DNA of 63,828 nucleotides, the filler included, from Pirum gemmata (taxonomy: Eukaryota): the NCBI GenBank assembly GCA_002812295.1. It is 26 parts of 26 records of this genome, joined end to end, with 100 filler letters (N's around TTAATTAATTAA, not from the genome) between each part and the next. Parts side by side here need not be neighbours in the genome. Positions count along the whole stretch, not along the records: positions 9,496 to 11,788 come from PDIN01007279.1; positions 11,889 to 14,665 come from PDIN01007280.1; positions 14,766 to 17,058 come from PDIN01007281.1; positions 17,159 to 19,438 come from PDIN01007282.1; positions 19,539 to 21,830 come from PDIN01007283.1; positions 21,931 to 24,095 come from PDIN01007284.1; positions 24,196 to 26,459 come from PDIN01007285.1; 19 more parts are not named here. One strand, 5' to 3'. Every line of letters begins with the position of its first letter. The first letter of the stretch is position 1. This document shows, piece after piece, positions 11,731 through 25,500 of this stretch. The notes beneath the pieces are model-generated. The model had not been told where the DNA came from, searched no databases, and was given only the letters and a program-made list of their open reading frames with translations. The position numbers and the translations under genes are program-made.

Positions 11731-13363
11731 CTATTTGTATATGAAATGAATTATTATTATTTATTATTTTATTTATTATTATTATTATNNNNNNNNNNNN
11801 NNNNNNNNNNNNNNNNNNNNNNNNNNNNNNNNTTAATTAATTAANNNNNNNNNNNNNNNNNNNNNNNNNNNNNNNNNNNNNNNNNNNNATTGTTATTGTT
11901 ATTGTTATTAGTATTATTATTATACGTTTTGTTGTTTAGATGTATATGTACAACAAGAAGGATGAAATCAAAGAATTATTGAAAGAGAAATAATTCATAG
12001 TATATTAGTTAATAAGGAGTTAGTTATTAACTAATTTACTTTGTTAATTAAGTTATAATAAAAGTAATGATTATATTAGAAGTATTTGGAGTATTAGAAA
12101 TAAGTTTTATACGTCCCTTAAAATTATATTGTGAAGTTAGTTTAACAGCTCACGTGGTACAGTTTTTAATCAAGTACTACAGTAAACGCAGCTGCTAATA
12201 ATAATAAAGTAACCTAGTTCTTGTACATTTTAAAAGAGTGAAGGAACTTTTTTTTTCGCATTTTTTCGTAAATTTAATAATAATAATTAGTAAAGGGTGA
12301 AGAACTTTTAAATTCGGCATTTTGCGCTTGATGATGAACCCTAACCTAACCCTATACCCTTTATTATTATCTTATTATCCCGTTTTACTCACCCCACCCC
12401 GCCTTTCTTTTTTACATTAGTTTTTTTTTTTTACAAAACTCAATCCAAAAAAAAAAGCTCGGTTCGTAAAAAAAAAAAAATGAAGGACTTTAAAATTATT
12501 ATTTTAATTTCATAATTCCCACCATGGTATAATATACTTTTCTATTGCACGTAACCACTTTGTCATAATCATCATCGATAATATAAGTTTTCTTATTTTT
12601 ACATTGCATAATTTTACATCGCGATATCCATACTTCCTTCTTTTGGAAAATGACAACATTTTTGTTCTGTTGAATCAAGTTTCTACCACTTTGTACAATT
12701 AACCAGCTTTGTACAATTAACACATCAGCAATCAAGTAAAACTTCCGTCCCCATGCTTGTAGCTATAGCCTTGCTTGTGGCTGTTGTGGCTGTTGTATAA
12801 GTTTTACAATTGGAAATATACTTCTAACATAACCAACCATTGTACGCTTTTATTATATTAAAATTTATAATTCGTTTCAAACTATTACTAATTAATTAAT
12901 TTAGAAAAAATAATTAGCAATTAAAGTTAGAAGCGAATTATAAAAAATAAACACTATTAATACTTGATTAAATAGTGATTATTATTATAAAATATTGGAC
13001 AAGTTTTTCATCACACAATTCTATTTTTATTCAAGATACATGACCTTGTGTGCATTAATATTGAAACAATTGCATAATATATAACGCACATACAAAGAAA
13101 ATACATACAGCCACAATGAAGTTAATCAATAAGCATGATATGGGATTTAAATCATATGCGAGTTTTACATAATTTATTTTAAAAGTGTGAAAACTTGAAT
13201 AACGATGTAGGGTATAGATAATAAAATATTTAAATGTCTAATTGTATGAAAGTTGTTACGTTTATGATAAAGCATCAGTTTTCAATGGAAATGGACTCGC
13301 GATCGTTTTTACAGTGTTCTAGTTGAACATTCCAAATCATCATTGTCATGATCAATACCATTT

Positions 13364-14119
13364 TCACTTACCACAATTACTACCATTTTCACTTGTATTT
13401 ATATTACCCTTAACCTTATTACCATTTAATTCAAAATAATCACCACCATCATTGTTTTGAATATGGTTAGTGTTAGGAGTTTTAGATGCTAATGTATGTG
13501 CATTACCAACATTGGTGTTGGTTTCAGTTGTATTTATATTATTCATATTATTCATTTTATTTATACTAATTAATTCAAAATAAACATCATCACCATTTTC
13601 ACTTATTGTTTCTACCTTTACTGATTTGCAATCATTGTTTTGGATAATATCGGTGTTAGTTTCAGATATTGATGCATGATATGGATTATCAATATTAGCA
13701 TTAGTTTTAGTATTATCATTTGGCTTCAGTTTGTTATTAATACTATCATTAACATACTCATCTTCTTGAATCGAAATATCACTTCTGTTCATCACAAATT
13801 CAAAGGCAGATTTTCCAGAAAGAACTATTTTGTTGTTGTTTACGTTTATACAAATAAACACCAACAATAGTACCAACAATAAACAACAACACAGCCACTA
13901 CTACCACCACAATAATAATAATCATATTAGAATTATTATTACTATTAATACTATTTATATTACCCACCGCCGCCTTTGCACATTGGTGTATATCAAACTT
14001 AGTACTAATTACTATAATTAGAATCATGTTAAATCAATATATTAATATATGTATATAAATATATGTACATATATACAAAGACAAAAAAAATATATTAAAA
14101 TAATAATAATAATAACAAT

Positions 14120-14159
<40 letters not shown>

Positions 14160-14640
14160 CTTATACTATCTCCCACGTTTCAGCATAGCAAAAATATTGG
14201 TGAAAATATTTCTACCGTGGTATATTACTCATTGCTTCTTCTGGTTTTAGATTTTGGGTCCCGAATATGGTAATACAAATACGTTTGAGAAAAACCTATT
14301 TTTATAATACGACGGTTAGTATATATCATGTATATAAAGCAAAAGTACTACAAAAACAGAATTTGTAATAAGATACGTTATTAGATATAAATATATACAT
14401 ACCTTGATAACTACTTTTATCAATTATCTTTTGACATTCTCCGAAAGCATCATCTGCGTAACTTCCGGTCCATCGAATGTTAAATTCTTTGAGCCGAGTT
14501 ACCCAGCACTGTCTACTTGGGAATGTTGATTCCCTACCCATTACTTCATCCGAAACGAATTCGCTGAACGAATGCGGAACTCCTGAGAATTCTAAATTTC
14601 CAAATTTACACATTCTGTATCTTTTATCATCGCCATAATC
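13364..14640 (-). CDS. Probable single-pass membrane protein, multi-exon, with apparent frameshift (possible pseudogene)
   Basis: Exon about 14640-14403 (DYGDDKRYRMCKFG...SSYQ G|gtatgt); hydrophobic IIIIVVVVVAVLLFIVGTIVGVYLYKRK segment with basic stop-transfer; polar tail continues in another frame (13879-13364). Confidence 0.45.
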
Positions 14641-15499
14641 TATTAAAGAGAAATAAATCAAATATNNNNNNNNNNNNNNNNNNNNNNNNNNNNNNNNNNN
14701 NNNNNNNNNTTAATTAATTAANNNNNNNNNNNNNNNNNNNNNNNNNNNNNNNNNNNNNNNNNNNNCATTGTATTGATAAAGTTAGGAAGTATAGTAATTT
14801 TTTACGAATGGTTGTATTGATATATAAAAAAGTTAGGGATTGTAATGATATATAAAAAAGTCAGGAATAATAATAATTTTTAGGTAATCGTTGTATTGAT
14901 ATTATAAAAAAGTCAGGAAAAGTCAGGGATTGTTCAATCCGTTTTCAAGTATCACTTTTAATTATCCTTTTTTAGCCTTTATTATTGGTCAAATTTTCAA
15001 TTTAAGACCACAAAAAAATGTTATTGGTCTAAGTCTGAAAGTCAGATAACAGTTGCTATATTTAGTATGTGATCGCCTTTATATGGGACCCATCTGGCCC
15101 ATCGAGGGTCATAATATTAATTGGCTCATATAATATGTGTGTGTGTGTGCGTAGAGAGTTCAGAATCCGTTTAACTTCTATATTATATATAATTCATTTC
15201 TTGAGATCTAGATTATTTATAAAATTATTTTTTTTTAAAAGTAAATGCATGATTTACTAATTAACTTAATACCCACGTGGATATCCTTGACTTCCGTGAG
15301 ATTGACATTCATACTTTTTCGTATTTGATAAAAAGCAAAAATTAAAAATTTTAAAACTTGTTTGATCAATTTTCCGAAAACTTGTTTGTAGCCATAAACA
15401 ACAACCAAACTTTGTTGTACTATCATTTAAACGATTTTGGTAATATCAAATTTTTTATATCTATTATGAATTGTTGTTAGTATTTACTTTGTTCGCCAT

Positions 15500-15830
15500 T
15501 TACTACTAAAACCATTACTATATAAAAAAATACATTATCAACACCATCAATGGTTAATTCCAAGTCCTTATCTTATGCCACCTATGCTTCGCATTGGTTT
15601 GATTCTACTCTACATGCTTTACCAGCGTTTGTTTTTATATTTTTTATTCCATTTTATTATTATTCTTTTTATGTTTCTATTGTAGTAGTAATACTTAATT
15701 TATGGGCATTGTTAATTCACGAGGATAATGAAAAAATCATCTCAAAATATAGTTACCAACAATACTTCATGGTCCTCATCATCATTATCGTCATCATTAA
15801 TACAAAACTGCAAACTATGGGTGTTTCTTT
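15500..15830 (+). pseudogene. Fatty-acid hydroxylase / sterol C5-desaturase (ERG3/SC5D-like) pseudogene
   Basis: His boxes KKIHYQHHQW and HGPHHHYRHH*YKTANYG flank YASHWFDSTLHALP...NLWALLIHED; frameshifts and an in-frame stop. Confidence 0.7.
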
Positions 15831-15904
15831 ATTTTTCTTGACCAATATTAAAAATTTTCAATACTTTTTTCTAACTAGAATATAGATACAATACTTTTTA
15901 ATAA

Positions 15905-16070
15905 ATTCTACCATTGAACGCAACTGGTTCTGCCTCGGTAAGAAATCTGAATTCAATTTCTAAGGCTTCATCTAAGGCTTTATGGATTATTTCAATGACT
16001 TTTTCAGCCGTTAGGAGGAAATTTTGTGGAATATACCTTCATCACGCTAAACGATAATACCAATTTTTGT
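15905..16070 (-). pseudogene. Ribonucleotide reductase small subunit (R2) fragment, degenerate
   Basis: GLSFS, RDEGI and EKVIEIIHKALDEALEIEFRFLTEAEPV match class Ia R2 motifs GLTFSNELISRDEGLH ... IEQEFLTEALPV, with deletions and frameshifts. Confidence 0.6.
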
Positions 16071-16329
16071 TATATCACTAATAATCCCGTTCTCCATATA
16101 ATAATTATTAATTCACGCTACCAGGTGGACCATAATCAAATTTATTAGTGAACAACATAATAAATAATAGTTTTACATCCATAGGTTTACTAATTTATAT
16201 AATTATTAATTAATAACACAAATAAATAAATAAATACAACACAATGTCATATAAAGATTTATATTTCAACAATTAATTTTTATTTTTATTAAATTTTAAA
16301 AATAAAACACTTCGCGTAATAATACTATA

Positions 16330-16770
16330 CTAAACACTGACATTAGTAACATTACTAAACACTCTCTTAACAGTCGTTTTATCTTCAGGGAAAAATTGTT
16401 CTGCTAATTTGTTAACAGGGATGAAAAAGTCGCGCTTACCCCAGCTAAAGTTATCAAAATGTTTTTTCATTAAAAATAGCAACCCTTCAACAGGAGCGCA
16501 ATGCATTGTTTTAAAAACATGAGATTGATAATCATTATTGTTCATCAATTTAGTAACCGAGCCAATGAAACCATGCAAATCAATCGATAATTTTTTCAAA
16601 TAAGGTTTTAGCTCTCTTTCAACAACACCAGTAGGAGTTACAGCGGTTCCTCTAACTTGATAAACATTCTCCCCACTGAAAGGGTAACGAACACTGCTTA
16701 CCATGTGACTGGCTATCATAATTAATTGTAATAATGAATTCCCTGTACCAGTTTTAATATCATTACACAT
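16330..16770 (-). CDS. Intronless ORF of unknown function, 146 aa
   Basis: Complex, protein-like composition from ATG to stop; a family B repeat lies just upstream, so it may be 5'-truncated. Confidence 0.5.
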   Translation of the reverse strand: MCNDIKTGTGNSLLQLIMIASHMVSSVRYPFSGENVYQVRGTAVTPTGVVERELKPYLKKLSIDLHGFIGSVTKLMNNNDYQSHVFKTMHCAPVEGLLFLMKKHFDNFSWGKRDFFIPVNKLAEQFFPEDKTTVKRVFSNVTNVSV

Positions 16771-17489
16771 GACATTGTATTAAAATAATTATAAATATAT
16801 TGTATTTTTCAATAGTGTTATCCAGTTCAAAAACTGAAATAAATGTATCAAATTATTATTATCAGGCATGTTTAATTAATTTGGTATTTTATACTTAATA
16901 TTTTATTTTATAAACAAGTTCAATTATACACGTAAACAGTACCAACTGTGATGAAGTAGACGATAGTATTAAATATTTCATACGAACTACAGTGTAATAA
17001 TAAAAATATCAAATCTTATATTTAGTTTTATCATTTTTTTTTTTTTTTTTTTTTTTTTNNNNNNNNNNNNNNNNNNNNNNNNNNNNNNNNNNNNNNNNNN
17101 NNTTAATTAATTAANNNNNNNNNNNNNNNNNNNNNNNNNNNNNNNNNNNNNNNNNNNNGATTATATTATTATATTATTATATTATTATAATGACGTTTTA
17201 AACCTCATATATTGCTCAATAAGGTGTCACTAGTATTGTTTGGGATTAGTATTATTATCATTATTATTTTTATTAGTGGAGGTATTAGCATTCGTATTAG
17301 TATATTACTATATTGTATTAGTATTAGTTTCAATATTAGTATTATTATTAAAGTTATTGTTACTAACCCTAACCCTAACCCTAACCCTAACCCTAACCCT
17401 AACCCTAACCCAAAGTTTTTGTTAGCTAACCCTTTACTGTTTTTACATTATATTCTTATTTAAAGTTATCATTAGTATTAGCTTTACTG

Positions 17490-18780
17490 TTTTACATTAT
17501 ATTCTTATGCTATGGCAATTGTTATTAATATTAGTATTTGCGTTAATATTAGTATTGATATTAGTATTTGCATTAATATTAGTATTATTCTTAGTATTAT
17601 TCTTAGTAATATTTTTATTATTAACTGTTGTTATTAATGTTATTTTTATTATTAACTATTATTATTAATATTATTTATTATTTTATAATCTTATCACCTA
17701 AATATAGAAATGCTACAGCAATTAGTAGTAATATTAGTATTTACATTAGTATTAATATTTACATTAATATTAGTATTATTTTTAGTATTAGTATTAATAT
17801 TATTATTATCTACATTAATATTAATATTTGCATAAATATTAGTATTATTTTTAGTATTAGTATTATTATTTTTATTATTATTAACTTTGGTATTTTTACC
17901 ATTATATTCTTATAATTTTTATATAGAAATGCTACAGCAATTCTATTGATATTAGTATTTGCATTAATATTAGTATTATTTTTAGTATTATTATTAATAT
18001 TATTTTTATTATTATCTATTATTATTAATATTATTTTTATTATGTATTTTTATTTTAAAATCTTATCACCTAAATATAGAAATGCTACAGCGATTAGTAA
18101 TAATATTAGTATTTGCATTAATTTTAATATTTGCATTAATATTAGTATTATTTTTAGTATCAGTATTATTATTATTATTATTAATATTATCTACATTAAT
18201 ATTAGTATTTGCATTAATATTAGTATTATTTTTTAGTATTAGTGTTAATATTATTATTATAACTTTAGTATTTTTACATTGTATTCATTTATATTTAGAA
18301 ATGCTACAGCAATTAGTATATATATTAGTATTAGTATTAGTATTTTTTTTAGTATTATTAATACTATTATTTTTATTATTAACTATTATTATTAATATTA
18401 TTTTTATTATTGACTTAAGTGTTTTTATTTTATAATCTTATCACCTAACAGCAACTATTAAGAACATTAGTATTTACATTAATATTCATATTCGCATTAA
18501 TATTAGTATTATTTTTAGTATTAGTATTATTATTATTATTATTATTGTCTACATAAATATTAATATTTGCATTAATATTAGTGTTATTTTAGTATTACTG
18601 TTAATATTATTATTATTATTAACTTTAGTATTTTTACATTTTATTCTTATCAATTATATATAGAAATGCTACAGCAATTGGTATTAATATTAGCATTTAC
18701 ATTTTTTTTATTATTATTAGTATTATTATTATTAATATTATTTTTATTATTTACTTAAGTGTTTTTCTTTTTTTACATTA
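17490..18780. repeat. Complex tandem array of about 6 units (about 140-360 bp) anchored by TATAGAAATGCTACAGCAATT within (TATTAG/TATTAA) microsatellite
   Basis: Anchor at about 17703, 17922, 18076, 18294, 18659, plus a degenerate copy at about 18445. Confidence 0.8.
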
Positions 18781-19438
18781 ACCCTAACCCTAACCCTAAC
18801 CCTAACCTTAACACTAACCCTAACACTAACCCTAACCCTAACCCTAACCCTAACCCTAACCCTAACCCTAGCCCTAACCNNNNNNNNNNNNNNNNNNNNN
18901 NNNNNNNNNNNNNNNNNNNNNNNNNNNNNNNNNNNNNNNNNNNNNNNNNNNNNNNNNNNNNNNNNNNNNNNNNNNNNNNNNNNNNNNNNNNNNNNNNNNN
19001 NNNNNAAGTATTAGTATTAATATTAATATTAGTATTAGTATTAGTATTAGTATTAGTATTAGTATTAGTATTAGTATTAGTATTAGTATTAGTATTAGTA
19101 TTGGTATTGGTATTAGTATAACCTAACGCTAACCCTAACCGTAACCCTAATCTCAATCCTATTGCTTACCGTAACCCTAACCCTAATCATAACCCTAACC
19201 TTAACCCTAACCTTAACCCTAACCTTAACCTTAACTCTAACCCTAACCTTGATCCTACTAACCCTAACCCTAACCTTAACCTTAACCCCAACCCTAACCC
19301 TAACCCTAACCCTAACCTTAACCCTAACCCTAACCCTAACCCTAACCCTAATCATAACCCTAACCTTAACCCTAACCTTAACCCTAACCTTAACCTTAAC
19401 TCTAACCCTAACCTTGATCCTACTAACCCTAACCCTAA
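18776..19438. repeat. Interstitial telomere-like (CCCTAA)n with variants, interrupted by (TATTAG)n
   Basis: Direct reading; one of more than 20 TTAGGG/CCCTAA tracts in the window. Confidence 0.9.
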
Positions 19439-19972
19439 NNNNNNNNNNNNNNNNNNNNNNNNNNNNNNNNNNNNNNNNNNNNTTAATTAATTAANNNNNN
19501 NNNNNNNNNNNNNNNNNNNNNNNNNNNNNNNNNNNNNNGAATGTTAGAAATTTCATAAAAAAACTTGAAACTCGAAAAAAAAAAAAAAAGAATATCACTT
19601 CAAAATTGACACTATTATTAATTAAGATCGAGCTGTTTGATTCGATTACGTTTTCCCATATCTCCCAGTATTAAATTTTGTAAAATTTATTTTTTTTTCA
19701 CTATCGATAGTATTAGTTTCTAGTATTATTTTTTTTAAAATAATAGGATCGAACAAATCAATTTCTAACATTCTATATAATATTATACTAAATACAATAA
19801 CAAATTTCCTCACAGAAATACAAATGTAATCACAAAAGCTATTATCGGTTTGTTATATTATATATAATAATATTATATAGATTTATATATTATAATATAT
19901 ACAGAATTAGACATTACATAAAATTTGTAACTTTTTTAATTTTAATTAACTTAAAATGAAATCGAACAAACA

Positions 19973-21687
19973 CTACGATGAACTTAACTTTTTTGTGTTG
20001 GGTGACATGGATAAACTGTGTAAGTTTTTAAGAGAGTGATTTGTTCGCATAGCTTTTGCAAGTGAAGAATGAATTTCAGCAAAAGCTTTACACCAGATTA
20101 GCGACATTTGCTCCATTTTATCAAAAGTCGCCATAAATTTGCTGCGTACAAATAACACCAATGCCACTCCAATAAAAACTAAATCCTGACTTTTTAAACA
20201 TTTGCTTTGTAATTCTTTCCCTAATTCATGAAGTTTAAAGTAATTATCAGTGCGATCACTACACAATGCCCCGAAAAGAATGGAGACACACTGTGATCTA
20301 ACCATAAAATCTTGCCGAAATTCTTCAAATCGGGTCTTTACACTGTTTTGGTTGCTACTGATAAAAACATCCCCCGAACCAAAGATGTCATCGGTTGAAG
20401 GACTTGTCAATGGTTTCTCACCACTGGAAGACGGAGTTTCTAAATGTTTTAAAGTAAATTCCATTTTGGCCGTAAATCCATCAATTAATGAATTCATTGA
20501 AAACTTTTCATCTTTCTTTGGTTTAATTTTTAATTTCCATGACTCTTGTACCACTGCTCTTTCCTCGTCATGTAAGGTCTAAAAAATAGAAAAGCGGCAA
20601 TGATATATGTAAGTAAAATGATAATCCCATAATATTATATAATAATAATAATAAAGAATATATAAATGACATTGTACAGAATAAAAAAATATCTAGAAAA
20701 ACAATATATATGTAATAACAATGAGAGTAATAGTAAAACTAAGGGTTAGGGTTAGGGTTAGGGTTAGGGTTAGGGTTAGGGTTAGGGTTAGGGTTAGGGT
20801 TAGGGTTAGGGTTAGTATTAATGTTAGTCAAATTTAAAGTAATAGAGATAATAAATAATAATTGTCAAAATTACATTACTACAACAATATGGGGAATTAT
20901 TATATGTATGTATGTATGTATATATTATACACTTACTGGTTTTGAAGATATGTATTTTTCAATTTGTTTCTTAAGTAGCGCTGCTACTCTTTGTTCGTCT
21001 TCATCCCCATTCAATCCAGGTTTTCTTTTTTCTTTTTCTTTTTTCCCTTCCTCCAACAAATTTGAACTTGAACGATTTTTTTTCAATCTTACCGAAGAAG
21101 CTCTACTAATATCTCGCTTTTTTAAAAATTCACTTTCAAAAGAATCCTCCTCAAACTCCGTGGTATCTTCCTCACTAGATATGCTACTGTGATTATTATT
21201 TAAAGCAGGTAACGAACCGGTTGATTGATTATGCCCTCTAAATGATGATAGATTGTGAACACCCTTTTCGCGATGTCTACCCCATTTTCTTAGAACATCT
21301 TTTACACTGGAACTTCGTTTCAATCCACCCCCACCAGCGCCCACGCTTTGAGGTCGGGATGGTCTTGTTTGTTCCATAGCAGCACTACTTTCCCTATTGG
21401 TTAAACTACTACTTGAAGGTCTTTTTCTTAATTCTGTGGGGGTTTGTTTCGTCAGTTTCCTTCCTTTTATTTCTTCTCTTTGCTTTTCTAGTTCTTCATG
21501 AAAAGATTTTCTATTTTCTTCTTTGTTATTATTTTTGTTATAATTACTATTGCTATCAATAAGCTTGGGGTTACTATTTTTCCTTCTCATTTCTTCTTTC
21601 ATTTGCGCAATTTTGCTCAAATTTTCTTGTTTTATTTCTATAAAATCGTACGCCGATGCAGATCGACTTTTTATTAAATTGTTGGTC
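19973..21687 (-). CDS. Unknown protein, last two exons (21687-20937 and 20578-19973); Ser/charged low-complexity region followed by a helical C-terminal domain
   Basis: Acceptor gacag|, donor CCA|gtaagt and acceptor tttag|ACC join the 231-aa and 193-aa ORFs in phase; the intron contains (TTAGGG)n. Confidence 0.8.
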
Positions 21688-22261
21688 CTGTCAAAATAGT
21701 AATATTAACGTTAGTATAAGAGTAAAATGGTAACATTTGACGTTTAGGGTTAGGGTTAGGGTTAGGGTTAGGGTTAGGGTTAGGGTTAGGGTTAGGGTTA
21801 GGAGTTAGGAGTTAGGAGTTAGGGGTTAGGNNNNNNNNNNNNNNNNNNNNNNNNNNNNNNNNNNNNNNNNNNNNTTAATTAATTAANNNNNNNNNNNNNN
21901 NNNNNNNNNNNNNNNNNNNNNNNNNNNNNNTATGGTTATGGTTATGGTTATGGTTATGGTTATGGGCATAGCCATGTTTGTGGTGGTGGTGGTGGTTACG
22001 ATTATAACTATGGCTATGCCATGCCATGTTGAAAAATATTAGCGGAAAGGAAAGAAATTAAGGGTTACGGTTACGGTTACGGTTACGGTTACGGTTACGG
22101 TTACGGTTACGGTTACGGTTACGGTTATGATTACGGTCAGGGTCAGCGTTAGCGTTCGCGTTAGGGTTAGGGTTGGGGTTAGGGTTAGGGTTAGGGTTAG
22201 GGTTAGGGTTAGGGTTAGGGTTAGGGTTAGGGTTAGAATTGAGTAGGAAAGGAATTAAGAC

Positions 22262-22527
22262 CTTTTCCTTGCGTAGTTCCCGCTTGTTCTGGTGTGGATC
22301 CTAAACTACTTGCAGCACTAGTTGAATCATTAAGCCCTGGAGTGGATACTCGACTACTTGCAGCACTGTTGTCATTAGGGCCTATTTGACTTGTTTCAGT
22401 TTTCTCTGGGGTGGATGACGGACTACCAGCGGTACTGGTTGGATCGCTGCTTAATATTTTCGTATCCCCATCCACCCCTATAGTATTATTGTCAATGTCA
22501 GCTACATTGTCCACGTCCATTTCATCT
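22262..22527 (-). CDS. Ser/Thr-rich internal exon of an unknown gene
   Basis: GC-richer open frame with STAGSPSSTPE / SAASSRVSTPG / SAASSLGSTPE repeats; AG acceptor upstream and candidate GT donor; flanked by telomere-like tracts. Confidence 0.55.
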
Positions 22528-25500
22528 ATAATATATAAAATAAATTAGTAAAATGTTAGGAAGGTAGAATTTTGTACTACTTACATATGTATACTTAACT
22601 CTTAACTCTAACCCCAACCCTAACTATTACCCTAACCCTCACCCTAACCTTTAACCGAACCCTAACCCCTAACCGAACCCAAAACCCTAACCCTAACCCT
22701 TAACCCTAATCTTAACCTTAACCTTAACCCTAACCCTAACACGAAGCTTAACACTAACACTAACACATTAACCCCAACTCTAACTCTAAATGTTTCCGTT
22801 TAATTTAAAAAAAATATCCCCAATTTAATCGACTTGACAAAATTTAAGACCAACCCTAACTTTAACCTTAATCTTAATCTTGTAACCTTAACCTTAACCT
22901 TAACCTTAACCTTAACCTAACCCTGGCCCTAACCCTAACCCTAGTTCAAAATAAGTTTTAGAGTCTTTTTTAAAAAGTAGAAGTTAATGTGTGATATAAT
23001 TAACAGAGGGAAAAAAGTCAACAAAAATGAAACACCAATTACAATGATAAGAAAATAACCTTTATGCTCAAGTTTCACCCTGATGCCACGTCTTGTATTA
23101 CTCATTATAACAGACCAAAAAGAACTTATTTATTACAATTCAAAAAAAAAATTGGTGTTGTTGTTATTGTAGCTGTTGTTGTTGTTGTACGAGCTAGCAA
23201 TTATAGTTATTATTATTATTATTATTTTATTATTAGTAGTAGTAGTAGTGGTGGTGGTGGTAATAACAATATTATCAATTTTTATTATTATTACTAGTAA
23301 TACAATTGATAGCAGTATTATCAAAATTTCTATTCTAACTCGTAATAATAATAATAATAACGATAATACAATGATAATGATAATGATAATGATAATGATA
23401 ATGATAATGATAATGATAATGATAATGATAATGATAATGATAATGATAATTTTTTTTTATAATAATAATAACAATAATACAATGATAATGATAATGATAA
23501 TGATAATGATAATGATAATGATAATGATAATGATAATGATAATGATATTGATAATGATAATGATAATGATAATTATTTAAATAGAATAATAATAAAAAAA
23601 TACTAATAAAAATAATGTCATAGATAAAAAAAAGTTTGCCATCCATCGCTTAGTTAGTAGTAGCTAGCTACTAGCTAGCTAGCTAGCTAGTAATAGTAGC
23701 GAGACTGTTGTTAGTCTAGCTAGCTAGCTAGCTAGCCAACTCTCGTGGCCACTTAAATTTATTTGGTATGTTGAAATTGTTATTATCTGTAGACTTTAAA
23801 TCAAAATAATTTATATTAGCTACCAAATTAACTATTTGGTAACTTATATTTACATTATAACGGGGCCCTCCGATCACATGTAAGATCGAAAAATTCGAAA
23901 TTCCTTTTTGTTTAATAGTCTATTAGACTATTCGAAAGTAATCAAATTGAAGTAATCGAGCAAAAGTCTTTTTTTTTTTTTTTTTTTGAAGTTGGCTAGC
24001 TACTAGACTAGACGTGCTAGACTAAACGTGCTTTTGATTTGTTTTGTCATCATAAAATATATAATAAAGAATACCAAATTAATACAATATAAATCNNNNN
24101 NNNNNNNNNNNNNNNNNNNNNNNNNNNNNNNNNNNNNNNTTAATTAATTAANNNNNNNNNNNNNNNNNNNNNNNNNNNNNNNNNNNNNNNNNNNNAAAAT
24201 AATATTAATAATATTATATTATAATTATTATATAATATAAGTAATTACAATAACCATTATTATTAAAATAATATATTATATAAAATAAGTAATTACAATA
24301 ACCATTATTATTAAAATAATATAATATATAGTATATTATACGTGTAAGTATACATATAATTATGATTAATTATATATATTATTATAATAACAATTTTAAG
24401 TTATGTATACGTAGTAATTAATGTATACGTAGGGCCAGTAATATATTAATATTTATATATTATAGTAACAACATTAAATTTTGTAAGTGTTACGTAAAAT
24501 TGTATATATTATATTAATATATATAATTATTATACAATATTAATATCATAATACTAATAATAATTATTAATATTATTACAATTATAATAGTATTGTATAG
24601 ACCATTAAAATTTATAGATTCTTTTAAATTTCTCCTAGTTATTAATATATAATTATATATCAATAATCAAATCATATATATCTGCAGCTGTAAAAAAAAA
24701 CTTATATAATTGTCTGTAGTCTTTCCGGGAAAAGTTTCTCCAGATTTTGTAGTTCAGTCATAATTTTAGAATTATAATTTAAATATTCATAATCCATTAA
24801 AGTAACCAACATGTTAGACATACTACATATTATTATATACTATTAAATATAGTATACCGTATACTGTAAAGATGAAGTGCTGCAACTTTTAATTGTAAAT
24901 GGTTTTATTTGCTTTAATACATTTATTCAGAATTTGTTGGTTATTCTTTATAATAAAGTTGAGGAGAGTTATGGTTATATATGGTTGGGGTTGGGGATAT
25001 CTTAACAGACTGGTTAACCTGTGTTCCTATTTAAACGCATGCGCATGTGTATTATTATGATAATATTATATTAGCACAAAACACATGATTACTACGTATA
25101 TATTATATACTATAGCTAATACAAAATTTAAATTGTTTATATTTGTTATATATACTTATTCAGATCTAGAATTGGTTATAACTATTGGCACAGGCTAGGA
25201 TTGAGGGGGCAGGGTTAAGGTTCAGGTTAATTAAGGTTGTTAAACTGAATCAAAAGGAATGATCCTGTTTGGACCCAGTACTAGTTCATCTTGTGTGGAA
25301 GGCTCTCACATGCACGTGCAAACATACCCCCTCACGTAGAGGCTTGATGTTTTATGTATGAGTTTTTTTATTTATCGACTTACATCAAATTCTAGCATCA
25401 TGGGAATCAAACCAATTATTGTTAATTAAACATCACTAACAAAAAAAAAAAAAAGCAGAGCTATATTTAGTCTATAGATGTACACGTGCTTATCCGAAGT

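Noticed and set aside
12499..12850. Short minus-strand ORF
   Set aside because: No recognisable motif, no clear splice sites or start, and an upstream in-frame stop
17490..18780. CRISPR array (constant anchor with variable spacers)
   Set aside because: Spacers are homologous low-complexity sequence, the context is eukaryotic and there are no cas genes
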